A stretch of 64,000 nt of DNA. Origin: Eledone cirrhosa. Taxonomy: Eukaryota. Below, piece after piece: positions 46,363 through 64,000 of the stretch. Below the pieces are notes generated by a model. That model saw only the letters and a program-made list of their open reading frames with translations. It was not told the origin of the DNA and searched no databases. The stretch's first letter is position 1; every line of letters starts with the position of its first letter. A program made the position numbers and the translations under genes. The DNA is taken from contig OZ024752.1 in the NCBI GenBank assembly GCA_964016885.1, forward strand, positions 48,360,001-48,424,000, in the 5' to 3' direction.

Positions 46363-46421
46363 CACACGAGTAGAAGGACATGTGTTTTACCCTGCCGGCA
46401 GCATATCACTAGATCGCATTT

Positions 46422-46510
46422 CATCTGAGGATACCGTTCTCATAACAACAACAAATGCATGAATTACATCGTGATTACATGGGAGAACCGTGGAAATAAT
46501 TATAATTGTT
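46422..46510 (+). ncRNA. Hammerhead ribozyme candidate with ~60-nt stem II
   Basis: at CTGAGGA taccgttctc...gagaaccgtg GAAA taatta TA at; palindromic stem III, weak stem I. Confidence 0.6.
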
Positions 46511-46659
46511 TAACGATTTATGTAACATCAGCATTTTTATCTTTGTTATTTTTATACTGAATCTCCATCGTAACTACAAACTACGAATGCTGAGAGCTTT
46601 CTCCTGCTTGCTCCTGTTTTTACCAAAACAATCTCTTTGGAATACACACACACATATAT

Positions 46660-46777
46660 ATAGGAAAATGTTTAACCCCGGGTTAAACATTTTCCTATTA
46701 CCCACTCTACTACCCTAAGTATTGAGTACACTGGTGCGTTATAGTCCATCTGCTTCCTTACCACACTTCCTTCATTA
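46660..46777 (+). mobile_element. Family E distal fragment with a short palindromic junction
   Basis: taggaaaatgtttaacc ccg ggttaaacattttccta, then ttacccactctactaccctaagtattgagtac. Confidence 0.8.
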
Positions 46778-46789
46778 TATATATATATA

Positions 46790-46946
46790 TGTAAACGTGG
46801 TTGGTGTTAGGAAGGGCATCCAGCCGTAGAAAACCTGCCAGACAGTCCTATACGAGCGAGACATGGTCACCCGACGAATCTTGCCTCAAGTAGGACAATT
46901 CCCGTCTAAACCCATGCTAGCATGGAAGATAGACGATGATGATGAT
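46790..46946 (+). mobile_element. RTE 3'-UTR/SINE-like copy
   Basis: gtggttggtgttaggaagggcatccagccgtagaaaacc...gatgatgat. Confidence 0.88.
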
Positions 46947-46971
46947 ATATATATGTGTGTGTGTGTGTATA

Positions 46972-47172
46972 TGAAGGTGTGTGGGTGAGTGGTTAGAGAA
47001 TTGGATTCACAATCTTGAGATTGTGAGTTCGATTCCTGGACCAGGTGATGCGTTATGTCCTTGAGCAAGACACTTTATTTCACATTGCTCCTTCTACCTG
47101 GAGTTGTGACCGATAGACAGTACTAGCAACTGGAAAGACCAACAAAAACATTGTTTCCTCGGTCCGATTTGA
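46972..47172 (+). mobile_element. tRNA SINE with a gtccttgagcaagacact (V/Meta-like) core and structured 3' domain
   Basis: A box gagtggttagag, B box gagttcgattcc. Confidence 0.8.
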
Positions 47173-47187
47173 CAAAAGTCGATCAAT

Positions 47188-47222
<35 letters not shown>

Positions 47223-47379
47223 TATATAAATATATGTTTTACGCAGACAATGAATTATATGTGCATAAACACACATAAACAGTCTCGTATTTGTGACAGC
47301 ATCGTATTAGCTCAATGTACAATAACAGAGCCATTATAGATAAAAGAAATCAAAGAACGCCTATATACTCAAACAATTT

Positions 47380-47437
47380 TTATTCGCTGACAATGTTTCA
47401 TCCATACCGTGAGGCAGGATTCATCAGAGCGTTATAA
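47380..47437 (-). ncRNA. Canonical type I hammerhead ribozyme (family C)
   Basis: cgct CTGATGA atcc tgcctcacggtat ggat GAAA cattg TC agcg; all core nucleotides present, GUC site. Confidence 0.85.
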
Positions 47438-47826
47438 ACATATATAACAATATATAAATATGGATGAATATATACATATACATATATATATATATATATG
47501 TATATGTATATATTCATCCATATTTATATATTGTCTCCATATATATCGTCTCCATACAACATTCAGTCTTCTGTTAACTCTCTCTTTCTCTCTCTTTCTT
47601 CTTTAGTCTCTTTCTTTACTTCTCTCCTTCTTCATATGATGTCTACTGATAGACATCTTGTCACTCTTGGCATTAATTCCAGCCTCAGACATGGACAGGC
47701 TTTCTTTCTTTCGGATTTTAGAACAGCTCACATCTTCATTACATTCTCTCTCTTTCACTTTCTTCTCTCTTTCTCTTTCCCCCTCTTTCTATATATAAAT
47801 TCTCTCTCTATCACTCCCTCTCTCTT

Positions 47827-47864
<38 letters not shown>

Positions 47865-48770
47865 GCTATCTATCTATTCTCTCTCTCTGTCTCTCTATTT
47901 ATCTATGTATCTATCTCTCTCACTCTTCTCTCTATCTATCTATTCTCTCTCTCTGTCTCTCTATTTATCTATGTATCTATCTCTCTCTCTCTCTCTCTCT
48001 CCTCTTTATCTATCTATTCTCTCTCTCTCTATTTATCTATGTATCTCTCTCTCTCTCTCTCTTCTCTCTCTCTATCTTTTTATCTATCTATCTATCCATC
48101 CAACCAACCATCCAACCATCCATTCAACCATCCAACCAGCCAACCATCCATTCAACCATCCAACCAACCAACCAACCAACCATAAAACCAACCATCCAAC
48201 CAACCAACCAACCATCCAACCAACCAACCAACCAACCAACCAACCAACCAACCAACCAACCAACAAACCAACCAACCATCTTTGTTTCTTTTTCACATTT
48301 TAAAAATCTATTTTATCAAATCTCATTTCATCTCATTTCATTTCATTATTTATTTTATTTTCATCATTTATTTTTTTTTTAGTTAAGTTATTTACTTATT
48401 TTTTTTCTTCTTCTTCTTCTTCTTCTTCTTCTTCTTCTTCTTCTTCTTCTTCGAAACCTTTTGTTCATTTTATTTGTCTGTCTGTTTGTCCGAGTGTTTG
48501 TAAAAACTCAAGCTAGCTAGACACACTGACTTTATTTCTAGTAGATGATCTACCATGTCAACAACAGCGGCCATTGTCCTTTAGTCTTAAACTACCCAGC
48601 TCTACTCTCTGCTGTGTACTATACATTCCAGTACACCGCTGCACTGCTTGCAATCCGCAGCTACTTTGCAATTTCATTAGCATTTCAACATTTATTTTAA
48701 AAATTTCACTATTAAACTTTTCACTCTGACTCATTTAGGCCAACTGATTCTTTTCTTTATCCTTCTCTTC

Positions 48771-50135
48771 CAACACCAGCGCCACCACACCAACACCAGC
48801 GCCACCACACCAACACCAGCGCCACCACACCAACACCAGCGCCACCACACCAACACCAGCGCCACCACACCATCACCAGCGCCACCACACCAACACCAGC
48901 GCCACCACACCAACACACAGCGCCACCACACCAACACCAGCGCCACCACACCAACACCAGCGCCACCACACCAACACCAGCGCCACCACACCATCACCAG
49001 CGCCACCACACCAACACCAGCGCCACCACACCAACACCAGCGCCACCACACCAACACCAGCGCCACCACACCAACACCAGCGACACCACACCAACACCAG
49101 CGACACCACACCAACACACAGCGCCACCACACCAACACCAGCGCCACCACACCAACACCAGCGCCACCACACCAACACCAGCGCCACCACACCAACACCA
49201 GCGCCACCACACCAACACCCGCGCCACCACACCAACACCAGTGCCACCACACCAACACCAGCGCCACCACACCAACACCAGCGACACCACACCAACACCA
49301 GCGCCACCACACCAACACCAGCGCCACCACACCAACACCAGCGCCACCACACCAACACCAGCGCAACCACACCAACACCAGCGCCACCACACCAACACCA
49401 GCGCCACCACACCAACACCAGCGCCACCACACCAACACCAGCGCCACCACACCAACACCAGCGCAACCACACCAACACCAGCGCCACCACACCAACACCA
49501 GCGCCACCACACCAACACCAGCGCCACCACACCAACACCAGCGCAACCACACCAACACCAGCGCCACCACACCAACACCAGCGCCACCACACCAACACCA
49601 GCGCCACCACAACAACACCAGCGCCACCACACCAACACCAGCGCCACCACACCAACACCAGCGCAACCACACCAACACCAGCGCCACCACACCAACACCA
49701 GCGCCACCACACCAACACCAGCGCCACCACACCAACACCAGCGCCACCACACCAACACCAGCGCCACCACACCAACACCAGCGCCACCACACCAACACCA
49801 GCTCCACCACACCAACACCAGCGCCACCACACCAACACCAGCTCCACCACACCAACACCAGCGCCACCACACCAACACCACCACACCAACACCAGCGCCA
49901 CCACAACAACACCAGCGCCACCACACCAACACCAGCGCCACCACACCAACACCAGCGCAACCACACCAACACCAGCGCCACCACACCAACACCAGCGCCA
50001 CCACACCAACACCAGCGACACCACACCAACACCAGCGCCACCACACCAACACCAGCTCCACCACACCAACACCAGCGCCACCACACCAACACCACCACAC
50101 CAACACCAGCGCCACCACACCAACACCAGCGCCAC
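48771..50135. repeat. 20-bp minisatellite caacaccagcgccaccacac, ~68 copies
   Basis: Directly visible. Confidence 0.97.
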
Positions 50136-50189
50136 AGTCACCAACACACTTCATCTTTGTCTGTTTGTCTGTGTATGCACTCCCAATAT

Positions 50190-50235
<46 letters not shown>

Positions 50236-50366
50236 ATATGTATGTGTATATATGTATGTGTATATATGTATGTATGTGTATATATGTATGTGTATATATA
50301 TGTATGTGTATATATGCATGTGTTTATATGTATGTGTATATATGTATGTGTATATATGTATGTATG

Positions 50367-50412
<46 letters not shown>

Positions 50413-50479
50413 TGTGTGCATATGTAAATATAAAGTCGCTCTCTCTGTGTATGTATATATGTATGTGTATATATGTATG

Positions 50480-50512
<33 letters not shown>

Positions 50513-50531
50513 GTATATATGTATGTATATG

Positions 50532-50580
<49 letters not shown>

Positions 50581-50581
<1 letters not shown>

Positions 50582-50791
50582 CGTTATTCCGGGTTGAATC
50601 GGAGGTAACCACAGTAAGTAAGGTACTCAATACATAGCAGAGTATAACAGTTTTAATATAGATGAGATTCTACAGGACTAGAACTGTTTCATTCATTAGA
50701 AATCATCAGGAATCAGATTCCTGAGATTCCTGATGATTTCTAATGAATGAAACAGTTCTAGTCCTGTAGAATCTCATCTATATTAAAACTG

Positions 50792-50796
<5 letters not shown>
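50581..50796. mobile_element. Family B fold-back cassette with back-to-back hammerheads (50666-50714 -, 50722-50776 +)
   Basis: tgagattc CTGATGA tttctaatgaat GAAA cag ttctagtc ctg TA gaatctca; arms 50643-50714 / 50725-50796. Confidence 0.88.
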
Positions 50797-50826
<30 letters not shown>

Positions 50827-50937
50827 TGTGTGCATATGTAAATATAAAATCTCTCTGTTTCTTTCTCTCTCTTTATATATATATATATATATAAATGAAA
50901 TATATATGAGTGTATGTTAATATAAATATATCTATCT

Positions 50938-51007
<70 letters not shown>

Positions 51008-51010
<3 letters not shown>

Positions 51011-51146
51011 GTCCAGAAATAGGCGTCGAAACAGCTTGAGCTCTGCTGTCGGGGTCATACTTTTTCCTATTACCCACTCTACTACCCTAAGTATTGAGTA
51101 CTCTGGTGCGTTATGGTCCATCTGGTTCCTTACCACAATTCCTTCG

Positions 51147-51149
<3 letters not shown>
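51008..51149 (+). mobile_element. Family E cassette (half hammerhead)
   Basis: tagtccagaaataggcgtc GAAA cagc ttgagctct gctg TC ggggtc; compensatory change in stem III. Confidence 0.82.
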
Positions 51150-51192
<43 letters not shown>

Positions 51193-51236
51193 CCCATGCT
51201 AGCATGGAAAATGGACGTTAAATGTTGATGATGATC

Positions 51237-51285
<49 letters not shown>

Positions 51286-51505
51286 GTGTTGAAGTTTCCG
51301 TGGAAAAAGTAAAAGGAATGAAGAGTGCTCTATGTAAGTAACAGAGCTATATATAGCCTTATCTGACGAACGAATGCAGACATCTCTTGTGTTCGTCCTG
51401 TTTGGGAAATGTCGGGTAATGCTGTAATTATACTGTGTTGTTTATTATACATTAAATATACATATATAAATATATATATATACATATATAAATATATATA
51501 TATAA

Positions 51506-51536
<31 letters not shown>

Positions 51537-51537
51537 T

Positions 51538-51582
<45 letters not shown>

Positions 51583-51597
51583 TACAGACATGACATG

Positions 51598-52372
<775 letters not shown>

Positions 52373-52394
52373 TATATATATATATATATATACA

Positions 52395-52435
<41 letters not shown>

Positions 52436-52436
52436 T

Positions 52437-52476
<40 letters not shown>

Positions 52477-52601
52477 CGTTATTCCGGGTTGAATCGGAGG
52501 TAACCACAGTAAGTAAGGTACTCAATACATAGCAAATGATTCCTGATGATTTCTAATGAATGAAACAGTTCTAGTCCTGTAGAATCTCATCTATATTAAA
52601 A
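52477..52601. mobile_element. Family B cassette; hammerhead at 52538-52586 (+)
   Basis: Antisense distal part identical to 50580-50638, then gattc CTGATGA...GAAA...TA gaatc. Confidence 0.85.
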
Positions 52602-52664
<63 letters not shown>

Positions 52665-53025
52665 TACATACATATTTATACATACATATGTATGCATATA
52701 TATGTGCATATATGTACATACATTACATACACGCACATCCACACACACACACATACATACATGCTTACACACACAGATACATACCCGCCCATCTGACTAT
52801 TCATCTGTCTTGTCGTGTGAGCTGTCTTAAAAATCTCTCTCTCTCTCCCTCTCTCTCTCTCCCTCTCTCCCCCTCCTCTATCTCTCCCTCTCTACCTATC
52901 TCTTTATCAACTCTCTCTCTCTCAATGACTATCACTTTGTCACATTCTGTCATTAGCATCTTTGCATTCATTTAGTCAGCTTCCAACATACTTTGTTGTT
53001 CTTGCTGTTGATGATGTTGTTGTTG

Positions 53026-53057
<32 letters not shown>

Positions 53058-53204
53058 GGTGGTGTTGGCGGTGGCGGTGGTATTGCTATGGAGAATATTT
53101 TAGTAATTGCTATTTTGTGCTTTTGTTTTTATTGTTGTTGGTACTGTTGTTGTTGTTGTTGGTTGGTTGGATCAATGTGTTCTCTAATCTAGACGATTTA
53201 GGAG

Positions 53205-53530
53205 CAAAGACATTCCAGCCATGACCATCCAGTCAGTTTATATACAAAGACATTCCAGCCATGACCATCCAGTCAGTTTATATACCAAGTTTAGGAACAA
53301 AGACATTCCAGCCATGACCATCCAGTCAGTTTATATACCAAGTTTAGGAACAAAGACATTCCAGATATGACCATCCAGTCAGTTTATATACAAAGACATT
53401 CCAGCCATGACCATCCAGTCAGTTTATATACCAAGTTTAGGAACAAAGACATTCCAGATATGACCATCCAGTCAGTTTATATACAAAGACATTCCAGCCA
53501 TGACCATCCAGTCAGTTTATATACCAAGTT
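53205..53530 (+). repeat. Tandem array of 40/53-bp units (caaagacattccagccatgaccatccagtcagtttatata)
   Basis: Seven units in the order S,L,L,S',L,S',L. Confidence 0.92.
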
Positions 53531-53552
53531 ATATATACTGATATTTGTACAT

Positions 53553-53910
53553 TATTCTACATACTATACATGCACCTTTAATGAGTTGTAGTGCACCTGA
53601 GCACTGTACACAATGATTTCATTATTATTTATTATTTATGACTCATACACTGTTGACTTTCCTGACATTTAAACATTATTCTATGTACTATACGGCCCTT
53701 TCCATTCCGAGTTCAAATCCCGCCGAGGTTAACTTTACCTTTCATCCTTACGGGGTCGATAAAATAAAGTACCAGTAATACACTTGGAAATTGCTGGCCT
53801 TGTGCCAAAAGTAGAAACAATTATTCTACGTACTATACATGCACCTTTGATGAGTTGTAGTGCACCTGAGCACTGTACACAATAATTTCATTATCTATTT
53901 CATTATTATT
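53553..53910 (+). mobile_element. Duplicated LINE-like 3' tail (53553-53630, 53821-53893) flanking a Nin/Deu SINE (53693-53825)
   Basis: tactatacatgcaccttt..gagttgtagtgcacctgagcactgtacacaat occurs twice; SINE B box and core lie between. Confidence 0.8.
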
Positions 53911-54335
53911 TCAATGTTTTCGTTATTAAGCTGGTGTAAGGAAAATTACTTAACGAAAATTCTTACATAAAATTATGATTGAAGGTCTTAATATAAATAT
54001 AAACACTTGAAAATGGGCAGTTTTCTATCATAAAACCGAAGATGGCTTCAGGCAGGTCGCTATCAAAAGAGTTAAATACAGCAAAAGCCATCAAAAAACA
54101 CCTAATTCTCCTCTAATCACATAGAAATATGAACCTATATATAAATGTCCACAAGTAAAGAAATATTATCATTTGTGCAAAATTTATTAATAAAATATTA
54201 AAAAAAATATATATATATATATATATATATTTTTTATTTTTTTATTTTTTTTTAGGATATTATTATTTATGGTCCCTGGTTCAATCTCAGATCCTGGCAG
54301 TCCGAGAAGAATTAATAATTATTGTTTGGGGGTAG

Positions 54336-54337
<2 letters not shown>

Positions 54338-54399
<62 letters not shown>

Positions 54400-54415
54400 A
54401 TGTATATATATATAT

Positions 54416-54446
<31 letters not shown>

Positions 54447-54471
54447 CATACATATATATATATATATACAT

Positions 54472-54551
<80 letters not shown>

Positions 54552-54576
54552 ATGTATATATATATATATATGTATG

Positions 54577-54609
<33 letters not shown>

Positions 54610-54670
54610 ATATATATATATACACACATATACAAACAAAATCAGAATTTGGTCTTTTGCTCCAACATGC

Positions 54671-54712
<42 letters not shown>

Positions 54713-54727
54713 GTGTGTGTGTATATA

Positions 54728-54780
<53 letters not shown>

Positions 54781-54843
54781 ATATATATATATATACACAC
54801 ATATACAAACAAAATTAGAAATTGGTCTTTTGCTCCAACATGC

Positions 54844-54893
<50 letters not shown>

Positions 54894-54904
54894 ATATATA
54901 TATG

Positions 54905-54935
<31 letters not shown>

Positions 54936-54940
54936 ATATA

Positions 54941-54980
<40 letters not shown>

Positions 54981-55046
54981 ATATATATATGTATATACAT
55001 ACATATATATATATAATATATATGTATATACATAATATATATGTAT

Positions 55047-55099
<53 letters not shown>

Positions 55100-55110
55100 C
55101 ACATATATAT
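54338..55110. repeat. (TA)n-rich region containing a 173-bp-period duplication
   Basis: acaaacaaaat.agaa.ttggtcttttgctccaacatgc at ~54632 and ~54805. Confidence 0.9.
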
Positions 55111-55494
55111 TATTATATTTTTATATGAAACAAAACAACAGATCGTTTAGCTTTATGGTGGACATTACCTACCCCCCCCCCCCCCCCCCCCCGCCCCACC
55201 CCTCCTACTCACCCCGACCCCCCACCGTGCCATAAATATATAAACACTCATTTTCTTTTGTCCACCCAACCGACCCCCACCTGACTCCCCGGACCCCTTC
55301 TCTTCTCTCAACTATGGCAATATCACCCCCATCCCCACCCTCCATCCCCACCCCCCATCCCCACCCTCTATCCCCACCCCCCATCCCTACCCGCCACCGT
55401 TTACCTATTTCCAAGACCTTTTCCTCCTGCTGTACTGTTATTACCACACAAAGGAAATAACTAGAGAAATCTCATTTTGTTGATGAACGAGTGG

Positions 55495-56508
55495 TTGTGT
55501 TGGTGTGGTGGTGGTATGGTGATGTGGTGGTGTTGGTGGTGGTGGTGTTGGTGGTGGTATGGTGGTGGTGTGGTGGTGGTATGGTGATGTGGTGGTGTTG
55601 GTGGTGGTTGTGTTGGTGGTGGTGGTGTTGGTGGTGGTGTGGTGGTGGTGTGGTGGTGGTATGTGGTGTGGTGGTGGTGTTGGTGGTGGTATGGTGGTGT
55701 GGTGGTGGTGGTGTTGGTGGTGGTGTGGTGTTGGTGGTGGTATGGTGGTGTGGTGGTGGTGGTGTTGGTGGTGGTGTGGTGTTGGTGGTGGTATGGTGGT
55801 GTGGTGGTGGTTGTGTTGGTGGTGGTTGTGTTGGTGGTGGTGGTGTTGGTGGTGGTATGGTGGTGGTGTGGTGGTGGTATGGTGATGTGGTGGTGTTGGT
55901 GGTGGTGGTTGTGTTGGTGGTGGTATGGTGGTGTGGTGGTGGTATGGTGATGTGGTGGTGTTGGTGGTGGTATGGTAGTGGTTGTATTGGTGGTGGTGGT
56001 GTTGGTGGTGGTATGGTAGTGTGGTGGTGGTGGTGTGGTGGTGGTGTGGTGGTGGTGTGGTGGTGGTGGTATGGTAGTGTGGTGGTGGAGGTACGGTGGT
56101 GTGGTGGTATAGTGGTGGTGGAGGTATGGTGGTGTGGTGGTGGTGTGGTGGTGTTGGTGGAGGTATGGTGGTGGTGGAGGTATGGTGGTGTGGTGGTGGT
56201 GGTGGTGTGGTGGTGTTGGTGGTGGTATGGTGATGTGGTGGTGTTGGTGGTGGTGTGGTGGTGGTGGAGGTATGGTGGTGTGGTGGTGGTGGTGTGGTGG
56301 TGTTGGTGGAGGCATGGTGGTGGTGGAGGTATGGTGGTGTGGTGGTGGTGGTGGTGGTTTGGTGGTGGTCTTGGAGTTGGTAGTGGTGTTAGTATTAGTA
56401 GTAGTAGTGCTAGTAGTGGCGGTGATAGTGTTGGTAGCAGTAGTAGTAGTAGCAGTAGTAGTAGCAGTCGTCGTAGTAGTAGTAGTAGTAATGGTGGTGT
56501 TGGTGTTG

Positions 56509-56539
<31 letters not shown>

Positions 56540-56635
56540 CAGCAGCAGCAGTAGTAGTAGTAGTAGTAGTAGTAGAAGTAGTAGTAGTGGTGGTGGTAGT
56601 AGAAGTAGTAGTAGTGGTAGTAGTAGTAGTGGTGG
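55495..56635. repeat. Degenerate (GGT)n/(AGT)n repeat
   Basis: Directly visible. Confidence 0.95.
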
Positions 56636-56789
56636 CAAAAATAATGTTTGTGATAAAAAAGGACATTATCTAAGATAATAGCAATAGAACTTATAATGAG
56701 GATGATGAGTATCCCTCTTCCTCCTGCTCCTCCCCACCACCACCACCACCACCACCACCACCACCACCATCACCACCACCACCACCACC

Positions 56790-57153
56790 ACTACTTTAGG
56801 CACAAGGCCAGCAATTACCCAGTGTATTACTGGTACTTTATTTTATTGACACCGTACGGATGAAAGGCAAAGTTAACCTCGGCGGGATTTGAACTCAGTC
56901 CATAAAGGGCCGTAACTCTATGCTAATGGTCAGCCACGTCAGTACGCTCTCTGTCTCTTATTGTACATAATTGTCTCTACTTCTGATTGTAAAGGGCCGT
57001 AACTCTATGCTGCAAAGCATTTAATAATAACGGTCAGCCACGTCAGCACGCTCTCTGTCTCTTATTGTACATAATTGTCTCTACTTCTGATTGTAAAGGG
57101 CCGTAACTCTATGCTGCAAAGCATGGCGTCCGACCCTCTACCGGTACTGCCAG
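56790..57153 (-). mobile_element. Nin/Deu SINE whose head is interrupted by a duplicated foreign segment
   Basis: aaagggccgtaactctatgct three times (56903, 56991, 57096), with ggtcagccacgtcag.. inserts between. Confidence 0.82.
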
Positions 57154-57204
57154 TCATGATAGTTAATAATGAGAATGCTATGGTCTCGACTCACAAGTAA
57201 GGCA

Positions 57205-57327
57205 GCAATAACAACAACAATAACAACAACAATAACAGCCAACAACAACAACAATGTAATAACAACAACAACAACAACAGCAGCCAATAACAACAACAAC
57301 AGCAGCTAATAACAATGTCATAACAGC

Positions 57328-57359
<32 letters not shown>

Positions 57360-57660
57360 ACAATCCATGAAGAACAAAAACAATTAATAATGACAACAGT
57401 AATAACAGTATCGACAAAACAATCACCATCACCATCATCACCATCACCATCATCATAATCACCACCATCACCATCACAACCATCACCATCATCATCATCA
57501 CCATCACCATCATCATAATCACCACCATCACCATCACAACCATCACCATCATCACCATCATCACCATCACCATCATCACCACCATCACCATCATCATCAC
57601 CACCATCACCACCATCATCACCACCATCACCATCACCATCACCATCACCACCATCACCAC

Positions 57661-57692
<32 letters not shown>

Positions 57693-57953
57693 CCATCACC
57701 ATAATCACCACCATCACCACCATCACCATCACAACCACCACCACCATCATCATCACCATCACCATCATCAATAACATTGCCGCCGACATCGTCACCACCA
57801 CCACCACCACCACCATCACCATCATCATCATCATCACTATCAACCCTAATTACATTCCCTCCCTCCACCCACCCCCTTTAACTCATCCTCTCAATCCACA
57901 TCATCATCATCATCATCATCATGTGATGCTCAGAGTTATTTCCTGTGTTATTG

Positions 57954-58009
<56 letters not shown>

Positions 58010-58019
58010 GTCATCATCG

Positions 58020-58050
<31 letters not shown>

Positions 58051-58064
58051 CATCGTCATCATCG

Positions 58065-58099
<35 letters not shown>

Positions 58100-58109
58100 G
58101 TCATCATCG

Positions 58110-58147
<38 letters not shown>

Positions 58148-58157
58148 GTCATCATCG

Positions 58158-58209
<52 letters not shown>

Positions 58210-58240
58210 GTGATGCTCAGAGTTATTTCCTGTGTTATTG

Positions 58241-58275
<35 letters not shown>

Positions 58276-58276
58276 G

Positions 58277-58315
<39 letters not shown>

Positions 58316-58375
58316 ATATAATCACCGACACCAACACCATCAACATCCCTCTCATCATCATCATCAACATCAACC
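57205..58375. repeat. (CAA)n, (CAC/CAT)n and (CAT)n repeats with a 288-bp-period duplication
   Basis: atgtgatgctcagagttatttcctgtgttattg at 57921 and 58208. Confidence 0.93.
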
Positions 58376-58761
58376 ATTCTCTGTCTCCTCTATTTCTTCT
58401 TCTCCGCCATCTTTGTCATCATCTAACTTGATGATGCTTTCAGCCGTCCTTCATCAGAAAAACGTAAACAAAAGAAAAAATAATTGCAATACATACACAT
58501 GCACGTATATATATATATATATGTGTATATATACACTCATATATATATATATATATGTGTATATATACACTCATATATATATATATATGCATATATATAT
58601 GTATATATGTATACACACATATATATATATATACATATATGCATATATATATATGAGCATATATAGATATACACACACACACATATATATATATACACAC
58701 ACACACACTTATATATATATATACACACACACACTTATATATATATATACACACACACACA

Positions 58762-58799
<38 letters not shown>

Positions 58800-59204
58800 A
58801 TGTGTTTTGGTCTGAGCATGTTTATGTTGGGTAAGACAAACCTTGGACTTTGAACTGTTAACGACATACCTTAGTTAAAATACCAACCACCACCACCACC
58901 ACCACCACCACCACACCACACACCACCACTACCACACCTACCCTAGCCCACACCCCACCACTACCACAGACCCCTGCCCCACAAGTAATTAAATAAAGAA
59001 AACAGTGCCCAAATGATATAAGTGTGTAAAGTAGGAGATGGTAAGAAAATAATACATAACAAAAATATAACAAAAATAAAATAAAACAAAATAAAAGGTA
59101 ATGAAAATAACATTAACAACAACAACAGCAATAAATAATGAAGAGAAATGGACCTTAAGGGAAAGGAAAAAAGACCAAAACCTTAATCTTTTACACACAC
59201 ACGC

Positions 59205-63135
<3,931 letters not shown>

Positions 63136-63474
63136 TGTATATTTATTTGTCAGCTGTTATGTTGTTGAGTTATTTTATTCTTAGAAGCAATATATGTAAG
63201 AAGCCACATTAATTCACCCCCACCAACATCTCTAATACAAAAACATATGCAAACATCTCACTATGGATTCTCTATTAGGTAAGCTTGTTTTATTGGAAAT
63301 CTCACGGTACACCCTATGAGACACTCAACCGCCATCCCTGCCCCTCAATTTTTTTTCTTTACCCCTCAGGGAAAACGGTGAGTAAATTATCCCCCACTAC
63401 CACACAACCACACTAGACAAAGAGAAAATAAACTAGAAGAATAAGCGATTAAAATATAAAGCTTTTTAATGGTA

Positions 63475-63610
63475 ATAGTAGTTTCTGATTTATCCACAAG
63501 GGGAAGGGGAAGTCAATTAAATCGACTCCAGTATGTTACTGGTACTTTATTTTACTGAGCTCCGTAAGGATGAAAGGCAAAGCTAACGTTAGCAGGATTT
63601 GAACTCAGGA
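63475..63610 (-). mobile_element. Diverged Nin/Deu SINE
   Basis: ctggtactttatttt...gtaaggatgaaaggcaaag...ggatttgaactcag. Confidence 0.82.
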
Positions 63611-63644
63611 TGTATATGGATGTAAATAATAATAGTAATAATAA

Positions 63645-64000
63645 TCATCATCATCATCGTTTAACGTCTATCTTCCACGCTAGCATGGGTTAGACGGGAA
63701 TTGTCCCACTTGAGGCAAGATTGGTTGGGTGACCGTGTCTCGATCGTATAGGACTGTATCCGGCAGATTTCCTACGGCTGGATGTCCCTCCTAACACCAA
63801 CCACATTTACAGTGTGGACTGGGAGCCTTTTTACCATGTCTCCTATACAACCACGTTACAGTGTGGACTATTTTTTTGTCATGACACCTTCACAACCTCT
63901 TTAGTTTGGACTGGATGTTGTGGTACCAACACAACTTTACAGAGAAAGGGTGGTGTTGGTGGGAGTGGGAGGATGGAGTAGGGGTAGTGGGTTGGGGTGT
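63645..64000 (-). mobile_element. RTE long-3'-UTR copy running off the window
   Basis: Colinear with 30631-31000. Confidence 0.9.

Noticed and set aside
48731-50608. 400-475-aa W/C/G-rich and H/T/P-rich ORFs
   Set aside because: Frame-cycling translations of a 20-bp minisatellite.

Overview
AT-rich eukaryotic (animal) intronic or intergenic DNA, mostly simple repeats and minisatellites. The repeat families and microsatellite load look like an octopus/cephalopod genome (inference, not checked). No host protein-coding gene can be supported; nearly all ORF-track entries are microsatellite translations. Recognisable elements: tRNA-headed SINEs with a Nin/Deu-type core; 3' fragments of RTE-clade LINEs, one carrying a long SINE-like 3' UTR; a decayed restriction-like-endonuclease (R4/Dong-like) LINE fragment; small TA- and TTAA-flanked MITEs; several minisatellites, including an ~80-copy 28-bp unit with two TTAGGG per unit. 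Main discovery: about 15-20 type I hammerhead ribozyme motifs (CUGANGA...GAAA...NUH) from at least 8 unrelated sequence families. They sit in 100-450 bp non-coding cassettes, mostly fold-back (inverted) and inserted in (TA)n tracts, with no RT or GIY-YIG ORF nearby. One has a 115-nt stem II, and most families share a downstream TTGAG(T/G)NC motif. This looks like a dense population of non-autonomous Penelope pLTR/retrozyme-like ribozyme elements. All structures were folded by eye and coordinates were counted by hand.
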